From Amoeboaphelidium protococcarum X5 (taxonomy: Eukaryota; Fungi; Aphelidiomycota): a DNA stretch of 64,000 nt. The stretch covers positions 669,123-733,122 of the forward strand of contig JALDTO010000200.1 of NCBI GenBank assembly GCA_023515725.1, given 5' to 3'. The notes below the pieces were generated by a model. The model searched no databases. It was not told the origin of the DNA and worked only from the letters and a program-made list of their open reading frames with translations. The stretch's first letter is position 1; each line of letters begins with the position of its first letter. This document shows, in pieces, positions 1 to 13,179 of this stretch. The position numbers and the translations under genes were made by a program.

Positions 1-2
1 GA

Positions 3-1925
3 TCAATCTGCCTATTTACTGTACTTTATTGCTACTGTACCATATTTTAGAGTGATCAATTGACTGCTAATTAACTACTGCGGAATTCTGTGGATGAATT
101 ACAGCATCTATTGAAAGATAATAAGCTTTTGTCCAAGTCTGCTATTAAATCTGGTTTCAATAATGCAATGAAGTCAATTCTTATTCTGTCAGTATAATTT
201 GACCACTTTGATGCGCAATACCTTGCCCAATTGAACAAACTCTACGCGTTGATTCCCCAAGATGGTTTCACGCTCAAGGCTCAGTGTAAGTATGTATTAT
301 GGTGGACTAATTAAATTATAAGACATTAATGTAGACTATTTCACTCTAAGCTAGATGAGTTTTGATGATGCTGCAGGATTCATTTTGCTGTTTAATGCGA
401 TAGAGTTCGACATTCATCTGGTTGATGATAGTGAGGACTTGGTGACGATGATTCTCGATTTTATCAGAATTTAACTGTTGGCATTTAAGGATGGCATAGA
501 TTTCGTGTTGAGTAAAGTCAATTTATTTCTTAGCTTCCTCAATTCTAAATATAGTCGCGTAAGATGTAAATCTCAGCAGTTGTTACTTGCTCTTTAGAAG
601 GTGAATGCGCAAAGTTAAGTCCATATGAAACTATTGCCCCTGATGGTTAGCGAGTAATATTACTGATTTAGATCAAGTCGTTTGAGATAACTTTACGGTA
701 TTTATGTAGGGATCTTAATGTTATGCATTGCTCTTTATAGTACTTGAAGTAGTAACTGCCACTTCTATCTTCAAGTTAATCTTTGGCGCTGATACAACCT
801 CTATGCCATATACTTGCTTAATTGAGGCGTTCAGGTTTGCATTTGGATGCTGCTTATTAAGGAGTTTCTTACTTTTGGAGTTAATTGGATATATTAGAGT
901 TGCTTTATGGAGTCATAAAGTTGCATAGTGATAGATGCATCGAACAGGATCTGTCTTCAGTGAAGGATGTAGTTTTGTAAGATGCAACTCTATTCTAGTT
1001 GTAGTCATTCACTGTGTATCAATTCAAAGTTCTCAGTTCAGTTGACTCAACTGGTACTTCATGGAAGTAATCTCTTTAATTGCTAAGTAAAAATGCAGAC
1101 TTAACTTCTTAGTTCATGCTGTCTGCCGTGTTAAAAGGTATCGCGTTTTCTCATGATGTCGAGGCTTTATTGTAGAATTTGGTCGTTTTGTAAGAGTCTT
1201 ATTTAAACAATTCACGCTCTGCTGACTGCTCCTTGGCTATAATCGAATGTACATTCTCTCATCTCACCAAGTTGAATTTGAGTGTTGAAAATGGTATGCT
1301 GACGTCAATTCTTAAATTAGCGAACACGTTGCATCAGAGACATCTGGCCCAGTTTGAACTACTAATCCTGAAGCCATTAGAATCTGCCTTAGAATATAAT
1401 AGTGTTTCGAAATACTTTGCAACTCAATGTGTCGTAATCTACTTTTAAAAGTAAAAGTCTACAATATTACGATAAAAACTGGGAATTAAATTTGTGCACA
1501 AGGCAAAGTAGCTTGCATTGTTCGAGAAAGACTTTGACTAAATGATGCAGACTGCGCTGCTTGAAATTTTTTAGGAGGTCCCTGATACTCCATTATTGTA
1601 GCTATTTTGCGCAGAAGTCATCCTGAAGTAGAAATAATGCATGCGACTGTCTCAGTATCTGCTGATTCTTGAGCAATTGCAATAGTTGTACGAGTTAACC
1701 ACCGAAACTGAGTACTAATTGAAATGCTAACAACTTCTAGATAGTGCACTTGGATAGTCAATGATAAAAGAGTCGCGACTATTGAATGAAGGTACCAGAA
1801 AGTCATTGCCTAGGATGGATCCCATAGAGCGCGTTTGTTTGAGCTATGACAGCGACCGATCAGCAGACATGTTAAAAGACTTGAGAGTCATGCTTAGCAA
1901 CGGCTGGTTGTTGGGAAAACGCTGA
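3..1925 (+). CDS. Divergent adaptor-complex large subunit, gamma/epsilon family (AP-4 epsilon-like); 5' partial; introns 286-334 and 654-709
   Basis: With TAR=Gln the frame reads KAQYYFTLSQMSFDDAAGFILLFNAIEFDIH...FLNSKYSRVRCKSQQLLLAL...SEDLNVMHCSLQYL...LCHILAQLRRSGLHLDAAYQGVSYFWSQLDILELL. This follows the adaptin_N motif order of AP4E1 (KRVGYL..LLLVNT..DL; HSKEIVRRKA; DVGVMAASL; FVTILKQV...YHSVPAPWLQIQLL). Ends TGA 1923-1925. Confidence 0.6.
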
Positions 1926-2059
1926 CGACTAAAAATAGATTTCTGTTTCAACTCTTTGATTTCTTTACACAAATCAATAACAATTTTATTTAGCTCTATC
2001 TTGTAAATTTCATCCGCATTAAATCGAAGAAGATATAATTGCATTTAAATCAGTTTAGT

Positions 2060-3427
2060 ATGGGATAAACTTTATCAGCTTATATTTGGACAGCGGAAGC
2101 ACAACCAGGGCAAAAGCCAGGCAGTGCGCATAGCAACAGTGATAAGTACAAGTAGGGTGGAATAAGCAGCAATAGTGCGAGTAATGTAAAAGCCTCAGCG
2201 AGGATCAGCCCTCAGAGCGATAAGAAGAATGTCAACAGCAATACGCGGTTAGCCGACTTGGAAAAATAGAAGCGTTAGTAGAAGAATAAGAAAAAGGGAG
2301 GTGGGAAGCTGAACAAGGCCATGATTGGAGGTCCTAGTAACTTCCAGCACACCACTCATGTCGGATCTAATGATATGCAATCTGGCGCTATTGATATCTC
2401 TGTGCTTAAAGAATCTATGAACAAAAAGCCAATAGTTGCTGCACCTGTCGACGATGCACCTAAAGCTGCAGTTGCCATGTCTGTAAGCGAGATCAAATAA
2501 CAATCTTCTTCTGTGTAGTAGGAGATTCCCAAGTAAGAGTCGTCTTCGACAATTTCTCCATAGAATGCTGCTAAAGATGCAACAGCTTAATCGGTGCAGT
2601 CAGAAACTAAAGTCGCTGCATATCATGAAGATATTTAGATTAAGGGAGAGGCTGCACAGTCACTATAGAATAAGTCGTCAGTTGCAGTTGAATCCCAAGC
2701 CTAATCGAATGTCAAGTTGGAAGAGAACAATGCTGTTGCATCTAGCGTCACAGTATAGTAGTAGGCTGGTGTTGAGACGGAGGTTCGCCACTCTGATATT
2801 GGAGTCAATGATTATAAAGACGTGGTAAATGTAGAGGCTGTACTTTAGCAGAGTGATGTGTATGCCCGTGCTACTTCACAACCATCTGTTAATTAGCTGG
2901 ATGTCTCTCTTAATGCTAACAGGGATGCTTCTGTAGTGGAAACTCAAAATACTTAAAATGACAATCAAGTTGTGGCAGCTTTGCCCGAACATGCGCTTAA
3001 TGCCGATGTTACTCCTGCTAAAGAAGAACAGAAAGTGAGCGATGCTATCGAATAAGACAAACCATAGCCATTAGAGAATTAGCCGTTAGTTGACGCGTAG
3101 CCTTTAAGCGATGAAAACAAGGTGTCCTCGGGAGATGCCCATGTCGTCCAAGAGTCCAAAATAGAGAATGCATTGTAGTCAGCAGTTGAGTAATAGGTAT
3201 CTGTTGCTGCGATTGGAGACTATGATTTATCTGTCCTAGCGTTAGATAAAGATGTACATGAGGATGTTGTGGCCAAGGCTGAGACTATCAAGGACTAATC
3301 GGTTGATCAGGAGTAGATTTAGGCTAAGTAAGCGGTGGAAGTGCAGAGTAATGTCTAGATTGATGAATAGAGTAAGACAACTGCTGCTGATGGGTAGGTC
3401 GTTGATGTAGAAAACAAAACAGCTTGA
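2060..3427 (+). CDS. CRIB-motif (Cdc42/Rac-binding) protein with predicted N-myristoylation and a long acidic/Gln-rich disordered tail, 455 aa
   Basis: Starts MGQTLS (G2, S6). A polybasic KKKGGGK precedes MIGGPSNFQHTTHVG, which matches the CRIB consensus. Open to TGA 3425-3427 when TAR=Gln. Confidence 0.75.
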
Positions 3428-3681
3428 GAGAGTTAGTTTAGATGTTAATGTGATGATGCTCCAGGATATAATATACGCGTAAGAATTTTTGCACTTGATA
3501 TACAATTTTCAGTTCATAGTGTCATCCGATTTATATTGGAAGGCGACACTCCCGCGCTCCACAAAATGTTCCTTGTTTCAGCTCGTTTCTATTCATCGAA
3601 CATATCACTAAGCTTTTGCCTAAAAACTGCGGTCACTTGCTTTATCAAAGACAGACATACGATATCTACAAGTGTGATAGT

Positions 3682-5323
3682 ATGGAGAACGATAACTAGG
3701 AGAACACTGATAATGTGAGTAATACAGTCCAAGTGTCATCTTAGATTATAAGCCAATTGAACAATGGCAATGTTAGAAAGCGTCATTCAATGCCGGCCCA
3801 TGTGCCACATAAAGCTGCGAAACTTCCAGCTACCTTTAGCACAGCCAGTGGGTAAGAAGATGAGTTGAGCACTATTGTTGAAAGTCTCGATAAACCCAAA
3901 GAAGTGAATATCAAGTCTGGATCTCTGCTTGGCCATCCAGTAATAATTGATGGTTCCAAATGGAAGTCTCTAACGTCAATGGCCAACTCTTCTCCTCAGA
4001 CCAAACGCGGCGATGTTTCAACTCCTTCGCGACAGATTGTTTCACCCGACGCATCTTTGGCTGCCGATGGTGTTGATGTTAATAATGATGATGTAGAGTA
4101 TGATGACGGAGAAGTCATTGTAAATTTACACAATCACGCACGTACTCCTGCTGGTAGTCAATGTGTTGGAAATCCGATTGTTTTAAAGTCCCCCTTGGCT
4201 GGTACTGTGTTATAATAGAGTTCTTCTACTGAGCTGATTAATGAACACGGTGTTGACTCTGCTAATAATGAGAAATTTCGCGATAATTTGGATAGTCGTC
4301 CGAAGATTGTTGAGCATGAGGCTAAAGCTTCCACAATGGAGTTTGATGCTAATACTTTATACACTATTCCAGAAGAGTGGTATCTTGAAAGTGTTAATGA
4401 TTAGGAAGATACTTTCAAATTAAACTAAAGTTAGAAAAGAGCAGTCTTGATGAGAGTGTCATCTGCGGGACTTTTGATCCCTGTAACTCCATATGGGAAA
4501 GCTTCTGTTTAGAGTACGACGCCACATGGAGAAGCTATCACGATGTCTAGCATTAAGAATTGGGATATGCTGCCTAATATGGTTGCCTCTCCCGGCTCTG
4601 TACCTAAATATTCTTAAAAAGATATTGACAAAATAAGAGCTGATATTTCTGAAGATTATGAGTCAAAGCTATCTGCCAAAGATGATGAAATTCAATCTCT
4701 CAAACAAGAGCTTGCTGACTCTACGCAGACAAATGGCTAGCTGAAAGATACCCTGGAAACTTTAGAAAGTCTCAAGTTAAATCTTGAGGATGACATTTAG
4801 CGTTAAAATGATAGACATAAGCTGATTGTCGATCAAATGTCTCAAGAGTAGAAGACTACAATGATGGAGTTTGATATTGTGTAAAAGTCATTTCAGAATT
4901 TGAGAATTCAGTTTGAAAAGTAGAGAGTGTAACTGGAAAAGTTGAAAAAGGTAATCTCTTTACTCACACGCATATTATCATTGAAATGTGAATAATATAT
5001 AGATGTAGAATGAGAATCAGATGAAGTTAAAATAGTCGGAGCTGTAGTAAGAACTAGTGGCGGCGCTAAATGCAGTAGAGGCTGTCAAGTCACATGCCGA
5101 AGGGAAGATAAACGAGGCCAATATGGAACTTGAGAGAATTAAGTAGGATTTTGAGAGTGAGAAGATAGCTTTGCTTACTCAGATAACCAGATCAGGAGCT
5201 CAAATTGGTTCATTGCAGAAGGAATTGGATCAGAAGGTTTCTGAAAAGTAGTAGATATCATTGATTTGCAATGAGTTTATTACCAAGTTGAAAAGCTTTG
5301 ATACAAGCTCGGATGATGGCTGA
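3682..5323 (+). CDS. TACC-domain (transforming acidic coiled-coil) microtubule/centrosome protein; intron 4951-5008
   Basis: C-terminus KYSQKDID...QKSFQNLRIQFEK...KKNENQMK...VKSHAEGKINEANMELERIK...LQKELDQKVSEKQQISLICNEFITKL matches the TACC C-terminal coiled coil (YSQKD, HAEEKL..AN, ICDELI). Confidence 0.8.
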
Positions 5324-5434
5324 TTTGTATTACAACCTGATAGTTGAAGACTGGCATATAAGTAAATTTGTATATGTTGATATCAGTTCTAACTTATTTT
5401 ATTCACTCAAAACAAATTCAAAACTTCACCTCTA

Positions 5435-7999
5435 TCACTATACCAACGCTTACTTAGTCGCATCAGCTTCATCTGCAGCTTTTACCAACTCCCTGTTAAA
5501 ACTATTACTTTGGGTCACTTGCGCAGATGTCTTTGATGAAGAGGTGTTTGAGGAATCAACCTTATCCTCAAAGAGCGCCTAACTCGCGAACAACGGCGTG
5601 CCATAATCCATTTCATCATCAGAGTCAAAATCGGCCCAGCTGTTAGATGCTTTGGACTTGGAATTCTTGATTTGCGCCAGAGTACGAGGCTCCATAATCT
5701 TCTTCGAGTCACTAGACTCTTACTATGCTGCCTTCACAGCTTTGGCCTCTGCCTTTGCTTGTGGCTTTCGAACAGCCTTAGCATAAGATTTCCCCTCAGA
5801 GTCCGAACTGCTTTAACTAACTACAGAATTCTTCTAGGACGCAATCTTGAACTTAGACAGCAGCTAAGGCTCACACAAAGACGGAAAATGGCTCTTATCA
5901 TCTGCGTTAGGAGCATAAGCACCAGCACTCGAATTACCAAATACTGTAGGGGAATTTCCATAATAACCACCATGAATAGCTTAATTTTTCAAGTACTTGT
6001 GGCCCTTAGATTGACGATAAGTCATATGACTCAACAGAAGTTACATGATCACTAGATTAACATCAACATTCTTCTCTTACATATCTTGAACAGTATTCAC
6101 CACCCAGGATAAATTGTAGGCATCGTTTTGTACGAGATTCAAAACTGTAGGCTGGGCCGACTTGTTCATTTAGCAACTACTGATATCTTTCAAATTAAAG
6201 TTGCGATTAAAGTAAATATCGTAAATCTTCTACACGACACCAACTTGAATTTACATCTTTTTGATTCGCGCCAACTTCAAAGTGACATCAATCAGCTTAG
6301 CTTCGGATTATTAGGACTGGCTTTGATCTACTCTAATCACCTTAAACCAACCAGAAATTGTAGATTAAGAGCTTTCATAAACAACACAGAAAGCATCAAA
6401 GCCATTATCAAGAGTACGATTGTAGTGTTGTACTGTGGTGGAAGCCATTGAAGCATTGCAAACTAAAAATGGGTCAGTGCTACCAGGAGAAACTTCAGAG
6501 GACTTTTTGAGATCTTCAGTCGACTAAACCGCTAATACCAGATAACAAGGTACCAAGACGGGAGCTTTCTACGCTTGCTTCATAACTTCAACATCATCAC
6601 CTGGATATTTCAGAGGATAAGCGTGAGGCTAGATTAAATGACGCGCCACCACAGAAGGAAATTCTCTCTAGTTAAGGATAAAGCATTCGTTGTCCTTCTT
6701 CGCAGTAATAATAACTTGACAGAAAAGCTTCACAAAACTCTCAGCAGTGTCAGAGTCTGATAGCACCACCAGATAGGGAGCCTGCGCGTCGTCAAACTTT
6801 GATACATCCACATCAATACGTCTCAATCTTCCCATCATTATATTATGAACAAACATCACCGATTTGTCGCTCGCGCCATCAACAACATCACTTTTCATAT
6901 TTTTCACTGAAATCATCGCTTGAAATAAGCTCTTCAAGATACCAGACGCTGATTTGTCTAGCTTTGATAGAGTATCAGGCAATTTGAACTGACAAGCCGC
7001 TGCAATCTGCTTACATACCGCCAAATCAAGATTCTTGATTATTACCATTTGATTCGCCTCAACATCTTACAACCACTTCCAACCATAATTGTGAGTTTTG
7101 TAGGCTGCTTTACCGCGTTTAAACACCAAAGGAGAATCTATCATCGCACTCTTGATATTACCTCTCCCCTCCTTCGTATATCTTTTACTCTTGACAGTCG
7201 TCTAGTCTTTCAAGACCTCGATATTAGAGAGCTTATTAGTAATATTATTATTGTATTTAGGATGATCAAATCCAGGAGGTGATAGCAGGGCAGCTCTTGT
7301 CGTCGGAGATAAGGGGCCACCGGTCGCGCCCTTGTTTGTCAGGCGATCAGTGGCGCCAGCAGTGTCGATTTTAACGCCGTGCATGATTTCGTCGGAGAAA
7401 TTATTATTATTCAACAGTTTTTTATTAGCAACTGAAATTGTCTAAGATTACTCTTGCCAAGATGATAACAGATGATCTTCAGTGGGAATTAAATTTAACG
7501 CTTGGTAACTAGGATTTACAGCAATACCAGCGGAGTACAAGACGATTGGCTCATCATCACTTTCGCAGTCGGAAAATAGAATTCCAGACCAATCTAATTA
7601 TAAATAGCCGTTAAGTCTTTCTATCGAACATTGATTAGAACATCCTTGAGTAGGCGCAGAGAAATAATCATGAGCCTCTGTAGATGGTGTTAGTGCTTGA
7701 TCTGAAAGCAATGAACAAGAAACATCTCCACAGGACACTGATAATTCTTAGCAGATCATACTTTACAAGCTGTACGCTGTACCATCTTTAATCGCGTTCT
7801 TCTCACTATTATCCATATCAGATACAGATACAGATATTGGATCCTAATCCTTAAACTACAAAGTATTGATAATGAAGTTTTTAAAGCAATGTGATGACGA
7901 ATGATACTTTTGGTTCGGTTAAGGCACTAAACCGCCTGTGGCGCAGTCAATGAGCTTTACGGCAATACCCCTTACAAGCTTGATCATCATTGGTTCCAT
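5435..7999 (-). CDS. Hypothetical protein, about 850 aa (alternative start at 7816)
   Basis: One TGA-free frame joins track ORFs 7202-7414 and 6668-7048 and continues to TGA at 5435-5437. No recognisable domain. Confidence 0.65.
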
Positions 8000-8096
8000 T
8001 AGCATTAAAAACGGAAGACAAAAGATGTATACAAAAAAGCATCTGTATTACAGAACACAAAAAGTATATATATATCTTAATAATTGACAAAAATCA

Positions 8097-9182
8097 TCAC
8101 TTATCATCATGACCAGAACTCTATAGGTCGCCCTGGTGGCTTTTCTACTCGGCCATCACAGTGTTGCCACTATCCCGTTCAGACTTCAGATTCTCATTAC
8201 TCGCCGCATGCGCCATGATCATTAAAGAATTGTTCGAAGATGACATATCAGGCAGCATTGAATGCGCAAAGTTAAACGGTGGCAATCCAGGCAAGTGGGA
8301 TGTACTTCCTGATGGCGAAATCATCATGACAGCATTCTTGTGATTATTGACAATCGCAGCCAACTGTGGTGTAGAGTCACCAAAGGAGCTGATTGAAGGT
8401 CTGGAAATATCATTAGGCGACGCTGAAGGCACATGCGCATGCAAAGTGTCATTCTAGTTCAGCGAATACGGGTGGAATATGTAGTACGGAGGATAATTCA
8501 TGTAAGGATTGGTGAACCCAGATTAATTTGGTGCATTGCCAGAATTCGAGCTCGATGCGCCAGATTGATTAGATGTCGCGAGATGTTATTAATAGTAGCC
8601 AGCATTAATCATACCATTAACTTTGGCAATGTCATCATTGGATTGCATACCAAACGGCACCATCGTTCTGTGTAGATTAGAGAAATGAGCATGGTAACTA
8701 GGCTCAGAGTTCAAGTTGTTTGAGCCGTACTCCTTGTTCCCTTCATCAGGCGCCATGCTGACAGAGCCTCGCTTACTAGCCCGCTTCTTCTTCGCTGGCT
8801 TCTTTTCAACTTGACTCGCAACTTCATCTTCGCCCGCAGCGATCGCATTCTCCCTGGCCGTGGAGCCAAAGTCATCATCATCAAAGTTATCCGCCATATC
8901 GCCATTGTCCACCATCCCGGCGAGATCCTGATCGAAAAACTGTTCAACATCATCCGGATTACACTGCACGACATCATTGTATTTATGAATGATCTAATCC
9001 ATGCTCTTGTTCGAGTACAAAGTCACCTTATCGGCACTGATCATGACTAGGCCGACATCGCACCCGCAGAGAACGGACAGCTCGTAAGCCTTCTTCATCA
9101 GGCCAACTTTGCGGCGAGAGAATGTAACATGACGTCTTCTAGCATCCGGAATTCTTTTAATAGCAATCTTCTTTCTTCCCAT
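8097..9182 (-). CDS. MEF2/Rlm1-type MADS-box transcription factor, 361 aa, intronless
   Basis: MGRKKIAIKRIPDARRRHVTFSRRKVGLMKKAYELSVLCGCDVGLVMIS. Track ORFs 8994-9182, 8589-8969 and 8145-8444 are one frame linked by TAA/TAG; TGA at 8097-8099. Confidence 0.93.
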
Positions 9183-10233
9183 GTTTCAAAACTTATTAAT
9201 GCAGCAGAGGTTTTGTATGAATCTATCTATCTGTATGTATCGAGTAGTACGGGTGGTATAAGCGAACCAAATCTAATTTCGAAACGGTTTATATTTAGCG
9301 AAGCGGCAGCAGCTCAATCTATTTTATTCGCTCGTTTGTTCTGTGAAAGCAAACGACTTCTGGGCCGTTTCAAGTGCGAAAATAAATTCATCTCCAAGCA
9401 AATGGGGTGGAGGAGTGAGATCAAACAATAGCATTATTATCAAATACACTCGTTGTCAAGATGGATTAGTAAGTGAGGTAATAAAACTACTCACTCACTC
9501 GGTACTAACTGATGGGGAACGATTTTCGTCGAAAGATAAATGCTGGGTGGTGATTAACTAGAGTAAATTGCCGTTACACTCTCGTATATCTTGATAGCAA
9601 AGTAAATCTCCGTTAAAAGTAGTTTCCTATGTGTGTTATCGCACAACAGGCAACGAGATGCCACGTTGATGTACTATTGCGTTGCATCGAGTGCCTAGCC
9701 AATATGTAAAAAAGTTTGAGGCAATTTACTTTATTAAAGTCATCACAATTCAATGGCCATTCAGCGGTTAGACTACTTCAATTCTTTTGACTTGTCTGTT
9801 TTAAAGCTGCTCAGTGAATATCCAGCTAATGCAAACAAAGCCAACGCGCCATAAACTTTACTCATATGAGGAGTTGCTCTTTTCCATCCTACAGATACCA
9901 GTACTTAAAGTATAGTGGTCGCACACAGAGAATCGAAATTTGTGAAATATATTCATGCAATTACCTTCCTGCCACATTTTCATCACCTCAAGAGGGCTTA
10001 TAAAGTTTTCCTTCTTATTCCGTGACTTACTATATTATCGCCACTTATTCCAATCATTTAATTGCAACATTTTTTAAATGTATTTTGAACAGACCGAACT
10101 CTACGAATTTATAAAAGGTGACAGTTTATAACGTTTGCGCGTCATAAAGCAACGCGCTCTCGTCCCCTTTAACTCTTCACATCACGGAAAGGCGAGAAAA
10201 AGGTGAAAAATCTTTGAAAATCAAGTATATAAA

Positions 10234-13149
10234 ATGGTCAAATCGTATGCCAAGTATGAGCAGGGTGATATCAAACATTTAGGTGTATTGTGCTCTCCTA
10301 ATGCAGATATTCTGTTTTGTGGATCTAATGTCAAATCTTCTCAAGGTCAGTTTGCATTTATACCAGCGCTTGATACAGTTCAGGTTTGGAGTCTGAAGAC
10401 TGGAAGTGTGGTTGCTAAATTTTATAGCGATGAAATTAAATCTTTAGTTACTAGTATGCATCGACTGCGTAGTGACACCTCTGATACTGATAGACTGGCT
10501 GTTGGATATGCTGATGGATCTATCCGAGTGTGGAAATGCCCAGATGTCGCGCTTCTTTTATCCAACTAAAGTGCTGGACGCGTCACTCTTCAGCGAGAAC
10601 CGATCTTGACACTCAATGGTCATAAATCTGCAGTTTATGCGTTCACCAGCAATGCAGAAGGGTCAATGTTGTTTAGTGGCTCTTCAGATACTGATATAAT
10701 TTAATGGGATTTGATTGAAGAGAAGGGCGTATGTAAGTTTAGAGGCCACAAGGATTAGATTACATCGCTGCATCATATCAGTCATGGTGAGTAATCATAT
10801 CTGATTTCCGCCAGTAAAGATACTCTGATCAAAGTATGGGATATATCTAGTATGTTTTGTGTTGAGACTGTGGTTGGACACAGAAGCGAAGTGTGGAAAT
10901 CTGTTCTTGTCTGCGATAATAAGTACTTAATAAGTGCATCGTATGAGCCAGAGTTGCGCGTTTGGAAGTTGGACTTTGATGTGCTTGGTAAGAAATTGCG
11001 TAGAGATTTGGATCAGATGCAGGTGGATATTACTAGTAATGATGCAGGTGCCAAAGATGCTAATATAGATGGCGATAGTCAAGGTGTTGTTCTATATGGT
11101 ATTGTGAAAAGATAGAGTAATGAGCGTGTCCTCACTCTTATATAGCATCCGTCTGGATAGTATTTTGGATGTTAGACAGCGGATAGGACTTTGGAGATTT
11201 ATTCCATAAAGAGCGATAAAGACATTTTGAAGAAGCTTCGTAAGAAGCCGCAGGACCCTGAAGCTGAAATAACCATCAAGGCTGAGGATAAGTTTGTATC
11301 ATCTAGAGTTATCAAAATGATGGCCAAGAATCAGAGCTTTGATTTCGTACCAGAAGAATCTTCATCAGGCCAAGTGCTGACTTTTATTGTTGCAATGTCT
11401 AACAATTAGGTGCAAGCGTACCGTATCAAGAGTAAGCAGGCTGAATTGGATAACATTTGCTCCCTGGACCGTCTTGGTCATCGTTCTCCTGTGAAGACGG
11501 TGGCTCTGAGCAGTGATGAACAGATGGCGTTTTCTGCTGGATCTAGTGGTGGTAAAGGAGATGATTTTAAGCTGTGGAATCTTTAGAATGGATAATGTCT
11601 CAGAACTCTTGCCAATGACGATAATTACATTGCTACTTGTAGTGCATTTTTAGCTGGCAATAGGCACATTGTTGTCGGTACCAAGTAGGGATAGTTGCTT
11701 TTGTATGATTGTCCATCGTCCACTTTGCTGAGTGTAACTGATGCGCACAATGGCGCAGTTACATCTCTTTAAATAACTCCGGATAAGCGCAGCTTAATCA
11801 CTGGTGGCGCTGATAAAAGTGTCGGATTTTGGGAGTTTGTCACTGAAGTTACAGGTGACGATGATAGTGCTGATGGTTAAGGTCTGAAGTAAAAGATTCT
11901 GACTGTGGTGCAAAAGCGCGTGTTGAAGCTCCAAGACGAAGTTTAATGTGTGCGAGTATCTCCAAATGGGAATCTTGTTGCTGTTGCGCTGCTGGATAAC
12001 ACTATCAAAATATTCTTTAATGATACTCTAAAGCTTTTCTTGAATTTGTATGGTCATAAGCTGCCGGTGCTATCTATGGACATATCTGCTGATAGTAAAA
12101 TGCTCATTTCCGGATCTGCGGATAAGAATATAAAGATTTGGGGTCTCGATTTTGGAGATTGTCATAAGAGCATATTCGCTCATCAGGAAACAGTGACCGG
12201 TGTGAGGTTCATTAAAGATTCACATTTATTTGTTAGTACTGGAAGAGATAAACGCGTCAAGTATTGGGATGGAGATAGATTCCAGCTTATCAGTAAGATT
12301 GATGAGTCTTTTGGTGAATTGCTTGCTCTTGATGTTGGTCAGTCTGGTGATACTATTATTGCGTCTGGACAGGACAAGTGTCTCAGAGTGTACAAAATGA
12401 CAGATGAAGATGTGTTTATTGAGGAGGAGAGAGAACGCGAGGCTGAAGAGAGCTTCGAAGAGGAGATTCTGGGTAATTTGAATGAGAAGGATGAACTTGA
12501 TGTTGCCGGCTAGGATAAAGTTGGTAAAGTTACTTCTGAGAGTTTGAAAGCGGGTGAGAAAATTGTGGAGGCGCTGCAGATTTTAGAGGAAGAGTTGGGC
12601 AAAGCAGCTTCTTTCAATAAAGCACAGGTGCAAGGGAATCCTATACCACCTCCTTAGGTGAACCCGCTGTTGATTGCATTAAGAATTCAGAAACCTGAAT
12701 AGTATGTTTTGAAATGTATAGAAGATATCAAGTCTGCTGATTTGGATGACGCTTTATGGATGGTGTCATTCAGCAAGACTCCCATGTTATTGCATTGTAT
12801 CAAGATTTGGAGTTAATCTCCAGCTACTACTACTTTAAGTGTTCGAGTGTTGAAATTTGTTCTTTTTGCCCACGGTAATCAGATTGCTAACAATAGTTCA
12901 TTGTATCAGATTGGCGATTAGAACGTGTCAATCAAGCAGCTTCTTAGCCAGATACGCTTCTTTCTATAGAAGAGCCTGGCATCTTATAGGGATGAAGTGG
13001 GAATGAATTTGGCAGCAATGAAGATCACCAAGACTCAATATGATTAATCTCATTCTGTAGATTATCGAGTGTATCAGGATGAAATTGATTCCGCTGCAGC
13101 GTTAAAATTAAAAGGCAAAACTATACTAAAAAGGACATTGATTAGTTGA
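10234..13149 (+). CDS. UTP12: U3 snoRNA-associated WD40 protein Utp12/Dip2 (WDR3), 971 aa
   Basis: MVKSYAKYE start; LAVGYADGSIRVW, GHKDQIT, LYGHKLPVLSMDIS, SADKNIKIWGLDFGDCHKSIFAH, SLKAGEKIVEAL. Single frame ending TGA 13147-13149. Confidence 0.95.
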
Positions 13150-13179
13150 ATTAAAGTGCGTTATTCTTAAGACTTTTTT

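Noticed and set aside
2060-5323. A single CRIB-TACC fusion protein via an intron near 3479
   Set aside because: The CRIB frame ends at TGA 3425-3427, before the candidate donor, and the TACC gene has its own ATG at 3682.
10113-10215. AAAAGGTGA motif twice upstream of UTP12 (also near 31475) and an RRPE-like TGAAAAAT
   Set aside because: Too few occurrences in AT-rich DNA to call a ribosome-biogenesis element without statistics.
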